Origin: Azolla caroliniana
Taxonomy: Eukaryota; Plantae; Polypodiophyta
NCBI GenBank assembly: GCA_043228905.1
Contig: JBHGNT010000011.1
Location: 4,340,001-4,404,000 of the forward strand
Reading direction: 5' to 3'
DNA: 64,000 nt
Shown one piece after another: positions 27,400-40,700 of this stretch. The notes under the pieces are model-generated. The model was given only the letters and a program-made list of their open reading frames with translations, was not told the DNA's origin and ran no database searches. How positions within the stretch are numbered: the stretch's first letter is position 1; every line of letters begins with the position of its first letter. Both the position numbers and the translations under genes were made by a program.

Positions 27400-29075
27400 T
27401 TGGGTCCTAGGTCTTGCATAAATCTTGAAAGAATTGTGAAGCATAAATTGGGACATATAAAACTAACAAGGTAGCGTATACATCAAAGGATTTTCTTGTA
27501 AGGAACATTGAGCATCTCATCTCATTCTTTGACCGTTCTAGGAGAATCTTCGATTGATAAGTTGCATGGAGTTGACATGGATATAGAGATTGTCTTGCAA
27601 TGTAGCATGTCAAAATGTTTTAATACACTTTCAATGTATTGAGTTTGAGAGAGAGAAATGGTTCCTTTAGCATGATCTCTTTGTAGGTTCATTCCAAGGA
27701 AGTACTTCATTGGACCAAGATAGGTAGGTGAGTTGGCAAGTAATGGTAAGTCACTGACATAAATGCCGATTATGATGAAATTATTCATAGCTTTTTTAAT
27801 GTATACATTTGGTTCATTCTTTAATCGGTTATAGCCAATTTTAGTTAGAAAATTATGAAGTGAATGGTACCAAACTCGTGAAGATTGGTGTAAACTATAT
27901 AATGATCGATGTACATGACATACAACATTTGGTCGCGTCGAATCTTCGAAGTGTGGCGGTTGTTGCATATAGATCTCTTCTTCAAGTTCTCCATGAAGGA
28001 AAGTGGTTTGAACATCTAAGTGATGGAGTTCCAATTCAAGTTTGACCGCAAAAGAGACGAATATGTGAAATGTGATACTTCGCAATGTAGGGTTGAATGT
28101 ATCTTTAAGGTGGATTTGGGGTATTTGCGAAAACCCACAAGCTATGAGACGAGCTTTGAAGCGTATAAATTTTCAAGTAGCACTCATCTTCTTCAGACGA
28201 ACCCACTTAGAACTAACAATTTGTTGGTTAGGTGGTGGATGGACAAGACTCCAAGTTGTGTTCTTCAATAGGGCTATCATGTCTTCTTCTACGGTTGCTC
28301 TCCATTTAGGGTCATCGGTACGAGAAAACACTTCTCTAATAGTGATGACTAATTCATTTGTAGTATCTGGTTCTTCCTGAACTATGAGGGTGTCCAGATC
28401 AAGGTGTACAAAGTGTGCCTCAAATTGGTCTAATTCCTTATAGATATTGACCAGGAGCATGTACGGTGAGGTGGGGAATTGTTATCCAAGGAGTTTGGAT
28501 AGTTTGGCAAGGGTTGTGGTTTTGAGTTGTTTGAATAACTATTGGGGACATTAGGTGAATGAAGATGAAATGCCAGAATGATTTGATGAGTATGGGGGAT
28601 TTCGGGAATATATTGATTAGAGCTCAAGAAATTTAATGAATAGAGTAGAAAGGTGTTTGGTGTATTTAACTCTGGGGAAGACATGGTGAATGGCAGAGGA
28701 TGCATTTGTGACGTTATGAGTATATGTAGATTCAGACAGTGTGTAGGCTATTTCACGATTTGGGTGAACATTATTATTTTGTTTATTTTGGGTGGTTGGT
28801 TTACGTTGGTTCGTAGAGATATGTGTAGAAGTATGGAATTGAAAGAGATGGAGAGAGAGAGAGAGTTTTGTATTAAATGTTTTAATCTTCTCACCCTACA
28901 ATCAACTGACCATTTGTGAGAGATTGTGGTGATTATAGGTGCACCTTTTCATATGAGGATTACCTTTTCGTTTTTTATGTCCTGTTTTTCTATTTATTTT
29001 CTTTAACTAATTATTACAATAGCCTCCCATGAACTAATTAGTTGTGAATTGCTATAATCTTAAATTTTCACAACA
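27400..29075 (-). mobile_element. Decayed Ty1/copia: LTR (~28830-29075) plus RT fragment
   Basis: WRATVEEDMIALLKNTTWSLV, LHHLDVQTTFLHGELEEEIYMQQP, YFLGM, LSQTQYI. The LTR starts TGTTGTGAAAA on the minus strand and resembles the 15.5-kb LTR (atgaa.aggtgcac; aatacaaaa..ctctct). Confidence 0.85.
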
Positions 29076-31060
29076 AGCTTCAAATTTGTCCGAACGGAGA
29101 TTGGTGTCGGATTCTCCCTGATCCGATGCACCTCTATCTTTGGCATACTAAGGCATAGTCATCTTCCCCTTCTCTTGCGTGTAAACTGTCTCCTCAGTTT
29201 CTGATGTCGGAACTTCACAGCCGAGTCTTTACTGCTCGTCGGCTCTTCATCCGGCTAGTCGTTCCAACTCAACTCTTCATTCGGCCCACTTGGCCGGAAT
29301 GAAATCAAACTTTCTTCCGGAGTGTCTATTTCTTCTTCTTCAAATAGTATCTCAGGCTTACTGGCCTCATTCTCATAATCGGCATGGAATTGGGGATCAG
29401 AAATGGCAGAGAATACCATGATGTTGTTTCATCAAAGAAGATGTCGCAACTTACTTGAACTTGCTTCGTATGGGGGTTGTAGCATTTGTACCCCTTCTAT
29501 TCATGAGAGTAGTCGACCACGATAAACTTCTCTGACTTGGCATCCAACTTCTTCTGCTTCTCATCCGGCACATGCACATAGGCAATGTTGCCGAATACCT
29601 TCAAGTGCTTCAAATTCAGCTTGCGCCCGAAATACAACTCATGAGCCAACACCTTTCCTCCGTGGGCAAAAATTCAATTCTAAATGTACACAACCATCCG
29701 AACGGCTTCAGCCCAGTAAAATTTGGGCATGCTCTTCTCTTCCAGCATTGACCATGCCATTTTCATGATTGATCGGTTCCTCCTTTTTGCTACGTCGTTC
29801 TGCTTCAGCGTATATCTACGACTGAATTCGCGCCGAATTCCCATTTGTTGCAGATAACAGTTGAACTTGTAGGAAAAGTATTCTTTTCCACCATTCGAGC
29901 ACAAATGCTTGATCTTTCTCTCTCTTTCCCTTTCCACTAAGCTTTTCAAGTTCCAGAAACATTCGAAGACGTCATTCTTCTTCTCTATAAGGTAGATCCA
30001 GGTGTGTCAACTATAGTCGTCGATGGAGGAGACAAAATATCAACTCTTGCCTAGATTCACATTCTGTGCAGGTCCCCACACATATGAATGAATCAGGTCA
30101 AGCTTGTTACGGCTCCAATTTTTCTCATTGGGGAAAGGAAGTTTGTGTTACTTCCTTAGCTTGTAGGCTTCAAACTTGGGCCTTCTAGCCATTGAACTTT
30201 TGCAAGCCGAACACAATCTATTTCACTTGCAATTCTTGATTATTTGATAATTAATGTGGTTGATCCTCTTATGCCACAAGTCGATATCTAATTCCACTTT
30301 TTGTCCATTGGCAAACATTGTGGAGCCAATGTTGTTCGTGTCGAGGATGAACATCCTCCCTTCTCTTCGTCCTTGTGCGATGATTCTTCAATGAAGCAAC
30401 CGAGGTGGGTGAACTGAACTTGCATTCCGTGGCCGACAATCTGTTCGACCGACACCAAATTCTTGGTGATCGTCGGAACATGCAGGACGTTCATCAGTCT
30501 CCCTTTTTTCCCAACATGGCTCAACAGGATGTCACTGACATGCTGGATGGGATGTGAGGAGTCGTCACCGGTTTCGATGACCCCCAGTTGTTCTAGTTTC
30601 TCATGGTATGAGAACCATTCTTCGTGGCTTTTCATGTGATTTGAAGCCTCAGAATAAACATACCACACCTTCGTTGGCCTTATGCTTCATTACAAATGCA
30701 AGATCCATTCCAGCTTGGTTCGAGCCTTCAGTGAAGTGTGATCGCTACCATTTTCCCTGTGCTTTGCCCAACTCGTTTTTATCGGAGTCGGCCTTCTTCT
30801 TCCAACACTCGCTTTCCTTGTGACCCTTTCTGCCACAATACTAGTAGTCGGTGGTTTTGTTTTGCCTGCCTCTGGCACCACCCTGACTCCCCTTGCTTGT
30901 GGAGGGTCCAGTACTGTCGGCACTTCCTTTGTGCCTCTGGTTCTACTCTTGTCGGCTGCCACCATTGTGTGCTGATCCTTTGTGTTCTCCACGACCACGA
31001 GGCCTATCTGCCTCCATGTACTGCATATGAATGTCCAACTGTGTGCTCTTTGATGCACTA
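29076..31060 (-). mobile_element. Decayed Ty1/copia gag-protease-integrase, same family as 21810-26554
   Basis: WYVYSEASNHM, NVLHVPTITKNLVSV, IKHLCSNGGKEYFS, SMPKFYWAEAV. It retains the integrase core segment that the 21.8-kb copy lacks. Confidence 0.9.
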
Positions 31061-33100
31061 GTGTGGTTCTCTTTTACCATAAGCATTGATTGCAAGGTTG
31101 ATCGACATTAGTTGAACCGTCCTCAAGAGTCCTAAATGACTCGCCCTTGCAATAGGATTTCGGCGATGTCGAATCATCCTCCTCTTCTTTGGGATTGATT
31201 GATAGAGAAGTTGGTGCCTTGGTCTATTTGGGTGATTTGATCGTTTCAACTTTGTCTCTTTCATCTCTTGTCAATCTCTTAGTTGAATCGATTCCGCAGG
31301 GGGTTCGTTGGCTTGGTTCATTTCGACTATTTGTCAAATCTTCAATTCAACCTTGTGGGTTGGTCCTTCTACGACATCTCTGTCAATTTCAAAGGAAACC
31401 TTTTTGCTGACCATTTTCGGTTGGTTCCGTTCAGAGAGAATTGAGTCTTCATTGAAGACTACATCACTACTCCAGATCAATTTCCCATTCTCTCTGTCCC
31501 ATAGCCGATAGCCGAATTCCCCATTGGTTCCATAACTGAGAAATATGCACTTTGTTACATGGGGCGCCAACTTGGTCCTTTTCTCGAGATTAAGATGTAG
31601 GCTTTGCATCTGAAAATACGGAGCCTATCGTAGGTCGGTTGCTTGCCTGACCATAGTGCATGTGGCACTTCGAGTTGCACTACCCTTGATAGTGATAGAT
31701 TTATCAAATAAATGGTCATCTACAGTGCCTCGGCCCAAAATTCCAGCTTCAGTCTGGAGTGTTGGAGCATTGTCGTCACTCTCTCCTAGATCGTCCAGTT
31801 GATCTGTTTTGCCACACCATTTTGCATGGGTGTGTAAGGAACGGTCTTTTGGTGCCGGATCCCTTTGTCGGGCAAGTACTGTTTGAAGGCTCGGGAGGTG
31901 TATTCACCTTCATTGTTTGACAAGACTGTCTTCACTTGGTGTCCTGATTGGTTCTCCACTTCGGCTAACCACCGAGCGAAGACCTCGAGCGCTTCGTCTT
32001 TCAACCTAATCGAGTAGGCCCAGACCTTCCGTGTACAATCATCTACGAATGTGATGAAGTATCAGGAGCTTCCACCGAGAGAAGACCTCGAGCACTTCAT
32101 CTTTCAACCTAATCAAGTAGGCCCAAAACTTCCGTGTACAATCATCTATGAATGTGATGAAGTATCAGGAGCTTCCAAGTGACCTTTAGGGCATCAATCC
32201 ATATATATCTATATGGACCAATTCTAGGGGCTGATGTATCGTCTCGTAGTGAAGAGAATGTGCACTTCAGGTCTATTTCCCATAATGACAATGCTCACAA
32301 AAGTCCATCTTTGTCTAGAGCTTTGGGATGTAGCCAATCACCATCAATCGGTCTAGTCTGACTTGTGACATATGGCCAAGTCGGCTATGCCATAGGTTTG
32401 AGTGCCGCGATTCAGCTACATTCACGGCCCCTTCTAGACTAATCGCCATCAGTGGGTACAAGTTATTGTACTTGTATCCATTCCCAATTTTTAGATTTCC
32501 TCGGTTGATAGTCCATGATGACTCACTGATAGTTGTTCTATACCCGGTTTCGGCTAACATGCCAATGGAGACCAAACTCCTCTTCAATACGGGTACGTGT
32601 CGGACTTGGTGCAGGGTGATGGTATTGTCGTTTGACAATTGGATGAGGACCTCTCCAATCCCTGCTATTACGCACTCTTGCCCATTTCCCAGTCAAACAA
32701 TGATGTTGGCTCCAGTAGAATAGTTCGAAAACCATTCGATATTGGGGGTTACTTGAAATGTGGCGCCAGAGTTCAACAACCACGTTCATGTGTCTTGCAT
32801 GTTGTAGAGGACTTCCTTGGTCAATGATTCCTCCAGGGAGAGGATTTCTCCCGACTAGGATTCAGCAACATTGATTTGGTTGCCGGTTGGAGAACGGTTC
32901 GAATCGGATTGTCCTTGTGTCTGATCGAATCGCCGACCATTCTCCTTTCTCTTTATGGACCAACAGTTGGAAACTTTGCGACCAATCTTTTTGCAATGAG
33001 TGCAGAAATCACTTGATCGACTATTCCTCGACTTCGACCCCTATCAATCTTCTCTCCTCCTCGGTTGACTTGTGTTGCGACTGGTTCTTTCAACTTGTTC
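31060..33100 (-). mobile_element. Decayed Ty1/copia (Tnt1-like) zinc knuckle-protease-integrase
   Basis: VRHVPVLKRSLVSIG, LWHSRLGHMS, VKTVLSNNEGEYTS, TPMQNGVA, CIFLSYG..FGYRLWD. Contains a ~100-bp internal tandem duplication at ~31979-32177. Confidence 0.88.
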
Positions 33101-33101
33101 T

Positions 33102-35025
33102 TGTTGGGAAGTCGGTCCCTTTGGATGGGAACCGAACAAGCCGAATTGGATGAGCCAAAGGAAGAAACCAGACTGGATGGATCCGGAAGGTATCCGACCG
33201 ATGTGAATTAGTAGTAGGGACATATTAGTAAATATGTTCAGATGCACCTGTTGAGGCTATACTTGTAAATAGCCTGAAAGTTATATGAGTACGAATAACT
33301 AGGGCAAAACTTATTGTAAGTAGTTAGTTATTGTTCAATGGTTACTAATTATTGTACAGAGTGTGATGTAACCGCCGGTCGGCGAAGAGATAGAGCTCGA
33401 GGTCGTTGCCTCCGAGTCTCTCATTGTAGCCTTCCTCTCTCCTATAGTGATCTTGTTTGGAGTTTGTGAACTCCCGTGGTTTTGGCTCTCGAGGTTTTCC
33501 ACGTTAACATACAGCATCGTCTCATTCTTGTGTCAGTGTATTAATCTCTACTTTCTGTTTTGTTTTCTTCCATTGTACGGTTGGATCTCGGTTGTGGCCC
33601 AGAACGATTCCTCTCAAATTGGTATCAAAGTGAAGTTCTAATCTTCAAACAAACAATGTGAAATGGAAGATTCATTCGAAGGCATGTTCAAGCTCACCGG
33701 CTCCAACAACTCAGTGTGGAAGTCGAAGATTAGGGATATGCTAGTGGTCAAAGACCTTTGGCTACCGGTACAGTTCGGAGACAAAAGACCAGACAAGATT
33801 GATGCATCAACATGGGAGGTAATGCACATGAGGACAACTACATACATAAGATGCTTCATCAACATGAGCTTGTACAACGTTGTGGAGAATTGTGGCATAG
33901 GAGGTTATGTCATATGAGCGAGAAGGGGATGCGAAGACTTGGTGACGATAACCTCATTCCGAAGGTGAAGAACGTACAACTTGAGAAGTGCACCGATTGC
34001 TTGGCTGGCAAGCAAAATAGAACCTCCTTCCGGTCGAGACCACCGACAAGGAGGAAGGCACCGCTTGAACTCGTGCATACCGATGTATGCTCCATGGACA
34101 CGAAGTCACATGCTGGATCGTAGTACTTCATGACTTTCATAGATGACCACAACCGAAAGTTGTGGGTCTCCACACTAAAGATGAAGGACCAGGTATTGTC
34201 CGTCATCAAGGAGTTTCATGAAAGAGTAGAAAGAGAAATCGGTTAGAAGCCGAAAGCAGTCTGAGTAGAGAATGGCGGAGAATACCGAGGACAGTTTGAA
34301 AAGTATTGTCAGGAGAAGGGAATCTGGCTCGAGTATATTGTGCCGAAGACACCAAAACTCAACGGGTTGGCTGAGAGGATGATCCGGACTATTATGGAGA
34401 GGGTCTGAAGCATGCTTGCACATGCTAATTTGTCCAAGACGTTTTGGGCTGAGGCACTGATGACAACGACATACATGATAAACAGATCACCATTGGCACC
34501 CTTGGACGGAGATATACCACAAAGAGTGTGGACTGGCAAAGACGTCTCGTACCGGCAGGAAAACTAGACCCGAAAACTCGACCATGCATATTCCTTGGAT
34601 ATGGAGATGAAGAATTCGGCTACCGACTGTGGGACTTAGTCGACAAGAAGGTCATTCGGAGCCGAGACATAGTCTTCATGGAGGAAAAGACTATCGTCAA
34701 CTAGGAGTCGGAGAAGAACACATCCTCCCGAACAGTCGAAAGTCGATAGCCGACTGAAGAACACGGAGAGTCTACCGAATTCAGGTCGACAATCGAAAAC
34801 CAGTCGGGAGTCGGAGGCCAGTCGGGTGTCGGAGTCAGACACAGGTGGATCCGACGAATATGAAAAAGTAGTTTAATCTGACTTGGATGAAGAATTGACT
34901 GAAGAAGTCAAAGAGAGTCAATCGTGTCGGCCGGGGAGAGACGATGCCCTCTAAGAGAAAGAAGGGCCCCTTGGAGATTTCCGGATGAAGAGCATGTATT
35001 GTTGACCGACGAGGGGGAGCTGGAG
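33102..35025 (+). mobile_element. Ty1/copia (Tnt1-like) 5' half: LTR, PBS, gag start fused by deletion to integrase
   Basis: LTR ~33102-33617; PBS TGGTATCAAAG at 33620-33630. gag MEDSFEGMFKLTG..WKSKIRDML joins directly to GELWHRRLCHMSEKG. Integrase LELVHTDVC..NGLAER..FWAEA. Confidence 0.88.
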
Positions 35026-36313
35026 AAAACCGAGGCCGAATACAGAGGAGCAGTTGTCACAACATGTGAAGTCGTATGGCTCAAGCGGCTATTGATGGAA
35101 CTACAGGTGGAGGTTGTTGATCCGACACTAATATACTACAACAACCTTAGCAGCATCCAGCTTGTAAAGAATCCCGTCTTCCACGCTCGGACCAAGCACA
35201 TAGAAGTGCATTATCACTTCTGCGTGAACGCGTTCTTAATGGTGAAGTCGAATTGCAATATGTTCCAACTGATAGGCATGTGGTTGACATCTTCACCAAA
35301 CCTCTTGAACTCAACAAGTTATGGCACTTCTTGGAAATGTTGGGCTTGCAACTTCTCAACATGCCTCACTTGAGGGGGAGAGCTAATGAGGGAAGAACTA
35401 AAGGAAACCATCCGACAATGGGAGCGGCAAACCAGATGAGCCTGAGCCAGAACTAGCTGAACACAAGGGGAGAGCCGAGAAGAATAGGGTTGTTCGAGCT
35501 AAAGGCCAGATCGAAGACAAATCAAAGACAACCGATTCAGTCAAGAGTGGAGACGAATCGAAGACAACCGATTCGAACAAGAGAAATGATTTGGACGAAC
35601 CAAATCATGAGACCGAACGGACACAGAGGAAATCGAAGCCAATGCCGATACGGAGAACCTGACAAGTTGAAGGATGTTGAATCCGTAGAGGCAAGGAGAA
35701 GGCCATCGAAGGCCTTAGGAGCAGACAAGATGACCACACGGGTTGTAGACCACGGAACTGGAGGGGTTGTGGAGTGCAAGCAAGGAGATGTGAAGCCAAG
35801 AGAAGATGGAGTGGAGGACCAGTTGGAACGGACACATGGCAATCTCAAGTTGAGCATGAGGTGGAGTGTTGAGTGACAAGCTCAATAGTCGGATCAGCTG
35901 AAGAAACTGATAGTTAGATCGATTAGAGAGAGTCGGCCAAAGAAGCCAGATATTGGATCGACTGAAGAAGTTGGAGGCCAGATTGGTTGGGAGTTGACAA
36001 GACGTTATTCCTATTACTAAGAATAGGAATATTATGGACAATCACTGTCACATGCTCATTTATGAGCATTCACGTACTTGTCAGTACTTGTGTCAGCCCA
36101 CTATCTGGGCTTGTATATAAAGTGCTCTATGAGCACATTTGTAAGTACTGAGTACTAAGAGATATTTTTTGTAATTGAAGTTTATTATTGTCTGCTCTAC
36201 TTAGTCTCTCTCCCTCGCTCTCCATCTTTGTGAATACCTGACTGTCTACAGGTGTCCGGCTTAGCCGACTGTGTTTTTTGTGCACGAACTTCTGCATACG
36301 CTAATCTTTTACA
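35026..36313 (+). mobile_element. Ty1/copia 3' half (RNase H, 3' spacer, PPT, 3' LTR 35867-36313) of the 21.8-kb family
   Basis: TEAEYRGA..CEVVWLKRLL..NPVFHARTKHIEVHYHF..DIFTKPL. The LTR tgttgag..acaagctcaa...taatcttttaca matches the 21810-22248 LTR read on the minus strand. Confidence 0.88.
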
Positions 36314-37775
36314 CGTGGGAAACTAGATCTTTTATGTCTACCAACACACATTCGAAAGTGTTGATATCCTACCTCTAGGATGACATCTTTCAAGTGTTTC
36401 CAATTTTCTTTAACATTATTACCTAAAGAGAGTTTTGACAAATGGTTCTCAACTTCTTTTGCAATATCATAGCTTTATTGCAACAAGGTCGAATGATGTA
36501 TCTCGTTTCCTTTTTTGCTTTACCACATTTGTTGATAGATTGTGAGGGTGTAAGGTCCAAGTACAAGGGCTTATGGTATGAGTCCGGGGATAAACCACCA
36601 ATCTCAAATGCATTGGCCATGGATATATCAAATGCCTTCATAAACACATAATCTATTACACTTATCTTCTCCATTTGCTCTTTTCTTCCTCTTCTGTTAC
36701 TTGAGGAGAAGAAGAAGAGGAAGAAAAGAGCAAATGGAGAAGATAAGTTCATGAGTGGAGCTTCAGGTGGAGATCCTCAAGTTTCAGTGCAACGTCGCAA
36801 AGGATTCCAAAGGCTCTCTCATCCCCTTTTTATATAAGATTCCAAAGGCTCTCTCACCAACAAAATTAGAGGGTGCTTTTTTATTTTACCATGCACCATG
36901 TTTTTTCCCCCACTTGCATGCTCTACTTTTCTTTTTAGTACCTGATGCTAGCAAAAAGCTTTGCCCTCCCACTCATAGTACAAAGCACTTAGTAATTGAG
37001 CTAAGATTTTTATTGTTTTAAATGCAACTCATTATTTGTCCTTCATACCATACCCCTCTATCTATCGTTAAATCTTTTTGATATTCTTAGTTTAACTTAT
37101 TTCCTCCTATATGCATTTCCCACATCACGACATCCACCCCACTAAACCTGCACATACTCTGGTCTGTGCCAAGTGTGGTACTCGGGGAGGCTAGGTTCGC
37201 CAAGTTGGAACCTTTGACCCTTGTCTTGATCTTTTCCTTTATCCATAACCTAACTATCTATGCTACATTGACCTAGAACCTAAACCGATGATTCCTTATC
37301 TTTCTTCTTCCAACACCACCACGACCATTCTTTCCACCATAGCCATGAAGACCATCCAATCCACAAAACTTAGTTCCCAAATTGCCTGTTTTTCGGAGTC
37401 TTTATTGTAGTCTTGGACACTTCCCGTTCTAAGCATAAGCCATGGCTTGAAGATATGTGTGGTGTGTGTGGATGATATTGGGTCTATGATCAATTTGGTC
37501 TTATAGATTGGGAGATTCTGGTCGCCTTTGGGGGTGTAATAAGAGTAGCGATAATCTCTATCATAGAGACGGCTAAATGTAGTGGAGGGGTGTGAAATCT
37601 GTAGTTATGTATAACTACATCTAAATTCCAAATTGGAAGGACAAGAAGATGTGCCATTGGAAGGTACACCCCAAATTTATCTGAGATTTCTCCCAGCTCT
37701 GCTTCAATGGGGAGCTGAAGGGAATTGATCGGGAGACACGTAGATCAGAGATTCATTTGAGAAGGTAGGAGAGTA

Positions 37776-40700
37776 ATGATTGGGCGATGGCACAACTGGG
37801 TCTTGCTGGGTTCAAGCAATTCCAAGCTTCAAAGATGCCCATCACCATCACCACTTTCCTTCTTCTGCACGGTAGCTGAGCAGGAGTGGTCAGGGTTACA
37901 GGGGTGGAGGGAGAGGCCGTTGGATGAGAGGAGAGAATGGGGAGAGAAAGGTAGAAGGAGAAGCAGCAATGTATATGAGGCCCCGGCGATACTGGAGAGC
38001 ATGAAGAGAGATGGCTTGACGATACCTTCCTCTCTCTCGGAGTGGGGTGCCCTCATCCTTAACACGCCTGAACCTTCCCTCAAAGTCTCGCTCACACACC
38101 ATGCATTCCGTTTGTGGTCCGATCAGAAGCTGCCACTTGGTGCTGCCACACCGCCCGATCAACCGGCCCGGCCCCTTAAACCTTTGCTTGTAAGTACCCC
38201 ATCTTCTCATATTTCAGAGAGTAAAGTTGATGTATAGAGAAAGAGTAAATATGTTTTCCTTACCATGTTTTGTGAATGTGATTGAAAAGACTAAACAATA
38301 GAGCACTAGAGAATGTATTCTCTTTATAATGTTTATATGTGTTAACAATGAGATAGAGTTTCGGTACACTAGGTAGAGAAGTGGGAGTGTATTGTCTTAC
38401 CATGTTTATGTATGGTAAAAGGATGTGGTGGTGGTGCCTGATAAGGCTTTTTTATGGGAATGCATTCTTACCATGTTTATCAATCCAGGTCAAGGATGTG
38501 ATAACATTAGAGTACAGAATTTTCTTACCATGTTTATGAATGCTAAGCATGTATGTGATTAAAACTAGAGAGGGGAATGCGTCCTTATTGAAAGTATAGA
38601 AGGGAATGTGTTCTTATTGAAAGCAGAGAAGAGAATATGTTCTTATTGAAAGTATACAAGGGTATGCGTTCTTATCAAAAGCATAGAAGGGAATGTGTTC
38701 TTATTGAAATCAGATAAGGGAATCTGTTCTTATTGAAAGTATAGAAGGGAATGTGTTCTTATTGAAAGCAGAGAAGAGAATATGTTCTTATTGAAAGTAT
38801 ACAAGGGTATGCGTTCTTATCAAAAGCATAGAAGGGAATGTGTTCTTATTGAAATCAGAGAAGGGAATCTGTTCTTATTGAAAGTATAGAAGGGAATGTG
38901 TTCTTATTGAAAGCAGAGAAGAGAATATGTTCTTATTGAAAGTATACAAGGGTATGCGTTCTTATCAAAAGCATAGAAGGGAATGTGTTCTTATTGAAAT
39001 CAGAGAAGGGAATCTGTTCTTATTGAAAGTATACAAGGGTATGCGTTCTTATTGAAAGTAAAGAAGGGAATGGTTTGTACAATGTCCGAAGATTAAAAAT
39101 GTGGTACATTAGAATTCATATTATGGAATTTGAATCAGAGATGTATGCTAAAGATGTTGTGCATTATAATAGAGAATATCTTGGAAACCACTTTTATGGA
39201 CCATGTGTTGTTTTACACTATAGCAATTACTCACACTCCTACTCATGTGACTACATAACTTAATGGAAAATATCTATTCCTCATCTTATTGAACATAAGG
39301 AAACACATGATATAGAGAGCTATGGAATATAAATGAATTTATATCAAAATTTATCAAACTATTCTACCTAGATTCCAATGTCATGGAAGAAACGTTGTAT
39401 TTAACTTGCTGAAATATGGTTCAAAGCATGGCGTAACCCCATCGTGACGAAATTTCACCGACATTATTGAGCTGGTAGCTACCATTCAGAATTGGTTCAT
39501 GGATAATGATAAGACCCTTCCAACATACCGTGCACTTAGTTTGGAAAAAGTCTTGTAAATGCATTGTTTGTTGCAGTTTTTATCTCAAAACGTATTTCAT
39601 TCTTTTAGGCCTTAGTCTTCAGTTACTTATTGTGTTTTTTCATTGATGTGGTGCCATCTTCTCTAGCTTCCTTTATAAGGGTAAATATATTTGTACACTA
39701 TAATTGATGCTCGTCATGATTCAAATTTCTCTCGATGCCTCAACATGACCCCAATGTCAGAAAAACGTTGCTCATTGGGGATTAAACATTAATATGTTGC
39801 CACCTTCTGACAGCTTCCTCCATCCAGTATTGGTCTGTGTGCATTATTACTGATGCTTATCTTGGTTCACACGATGCTTTAACATGAATTTCGAAGACAC
39901 TGGACTTATGCATTCCTCACCATAAACTGATTGGAAGAAGGAAAATCAACTGGAACACTTCACTAAATGATGCCACTAGTCCATTTTACATTGGACAGTA
40001 AGGTGTGGAAAATATGTGTGGATTTATAAAGGTCCGACGAGCTGCTAGATAAGGTCAACACGAAAAATAAATCCTTGTTTGACATATTTGTATATTGGCA
40101 TAGCAAAAAGTCAATAAATCTATTTTTCTACATGTTCAGAATGCGCGTTTTCTTCTCAGCATAGGCTTTATAATATGTATGTCCCCCTTTTCCAAACTCC
40201 TATGCTTACAGCTGAAAGAAACTCATAACTAGATTCATCTTAATCCAAGTTTTTGACTATTATCCAGTTCTAGAGAACCTATATTGATATACATCTATAT
40301 CATCTAAATCATCATGATATTTGTTCTTTTAGCACTGGTCCACAGGTTCTAATTTATCTCCATTTGAAGCTAACATGATAACTCTTGACAAAGGTTTTCA
40401 GGTTCCTTTAACGCAAGTTCCAGGAAATAAAGACTTGATCTCTTCCATGAAATGCTCATGTGCTGCGTATCCTTGTGATGGCGTGGTTGGTTGCTCCAAA
40501 AAACCAAGGGAATGGGCTGCTATGTGAGGAGAGAAAGAAGGGAAAACTGTGCAGAAAAATGGAGAGGAAACCCTAGCTGCTAAAGGTCCCCAATGACCAA
40601 AAGTTATAAAGATAATGTAAATGCCAATAAGCCCCCAAATTGGGGCCGAAAATTTGATTGAAAATATGTCTGGAAAGCTCTCAAAGAAAGCTTTCACATG

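Noticed and set aside
17302-29075. TGTTGTGAAAA...TTTTCACAACA as the ends of one 11.8-kb element
   Set aside because: The flanks (AGTTC vs AGCTT) are not a TSD, and the sequences outside belong to different elements in opposite orientation.
36330-37500. ORFs upstream of the DUF455 gene
   Set aside because: Short, low-complexity and without motifs; probably old repeat-derived sequence.
38582-39073. 29-bp repeats as a CRISPR array
   Set aside because: The units are head-to-tail with no spacers.
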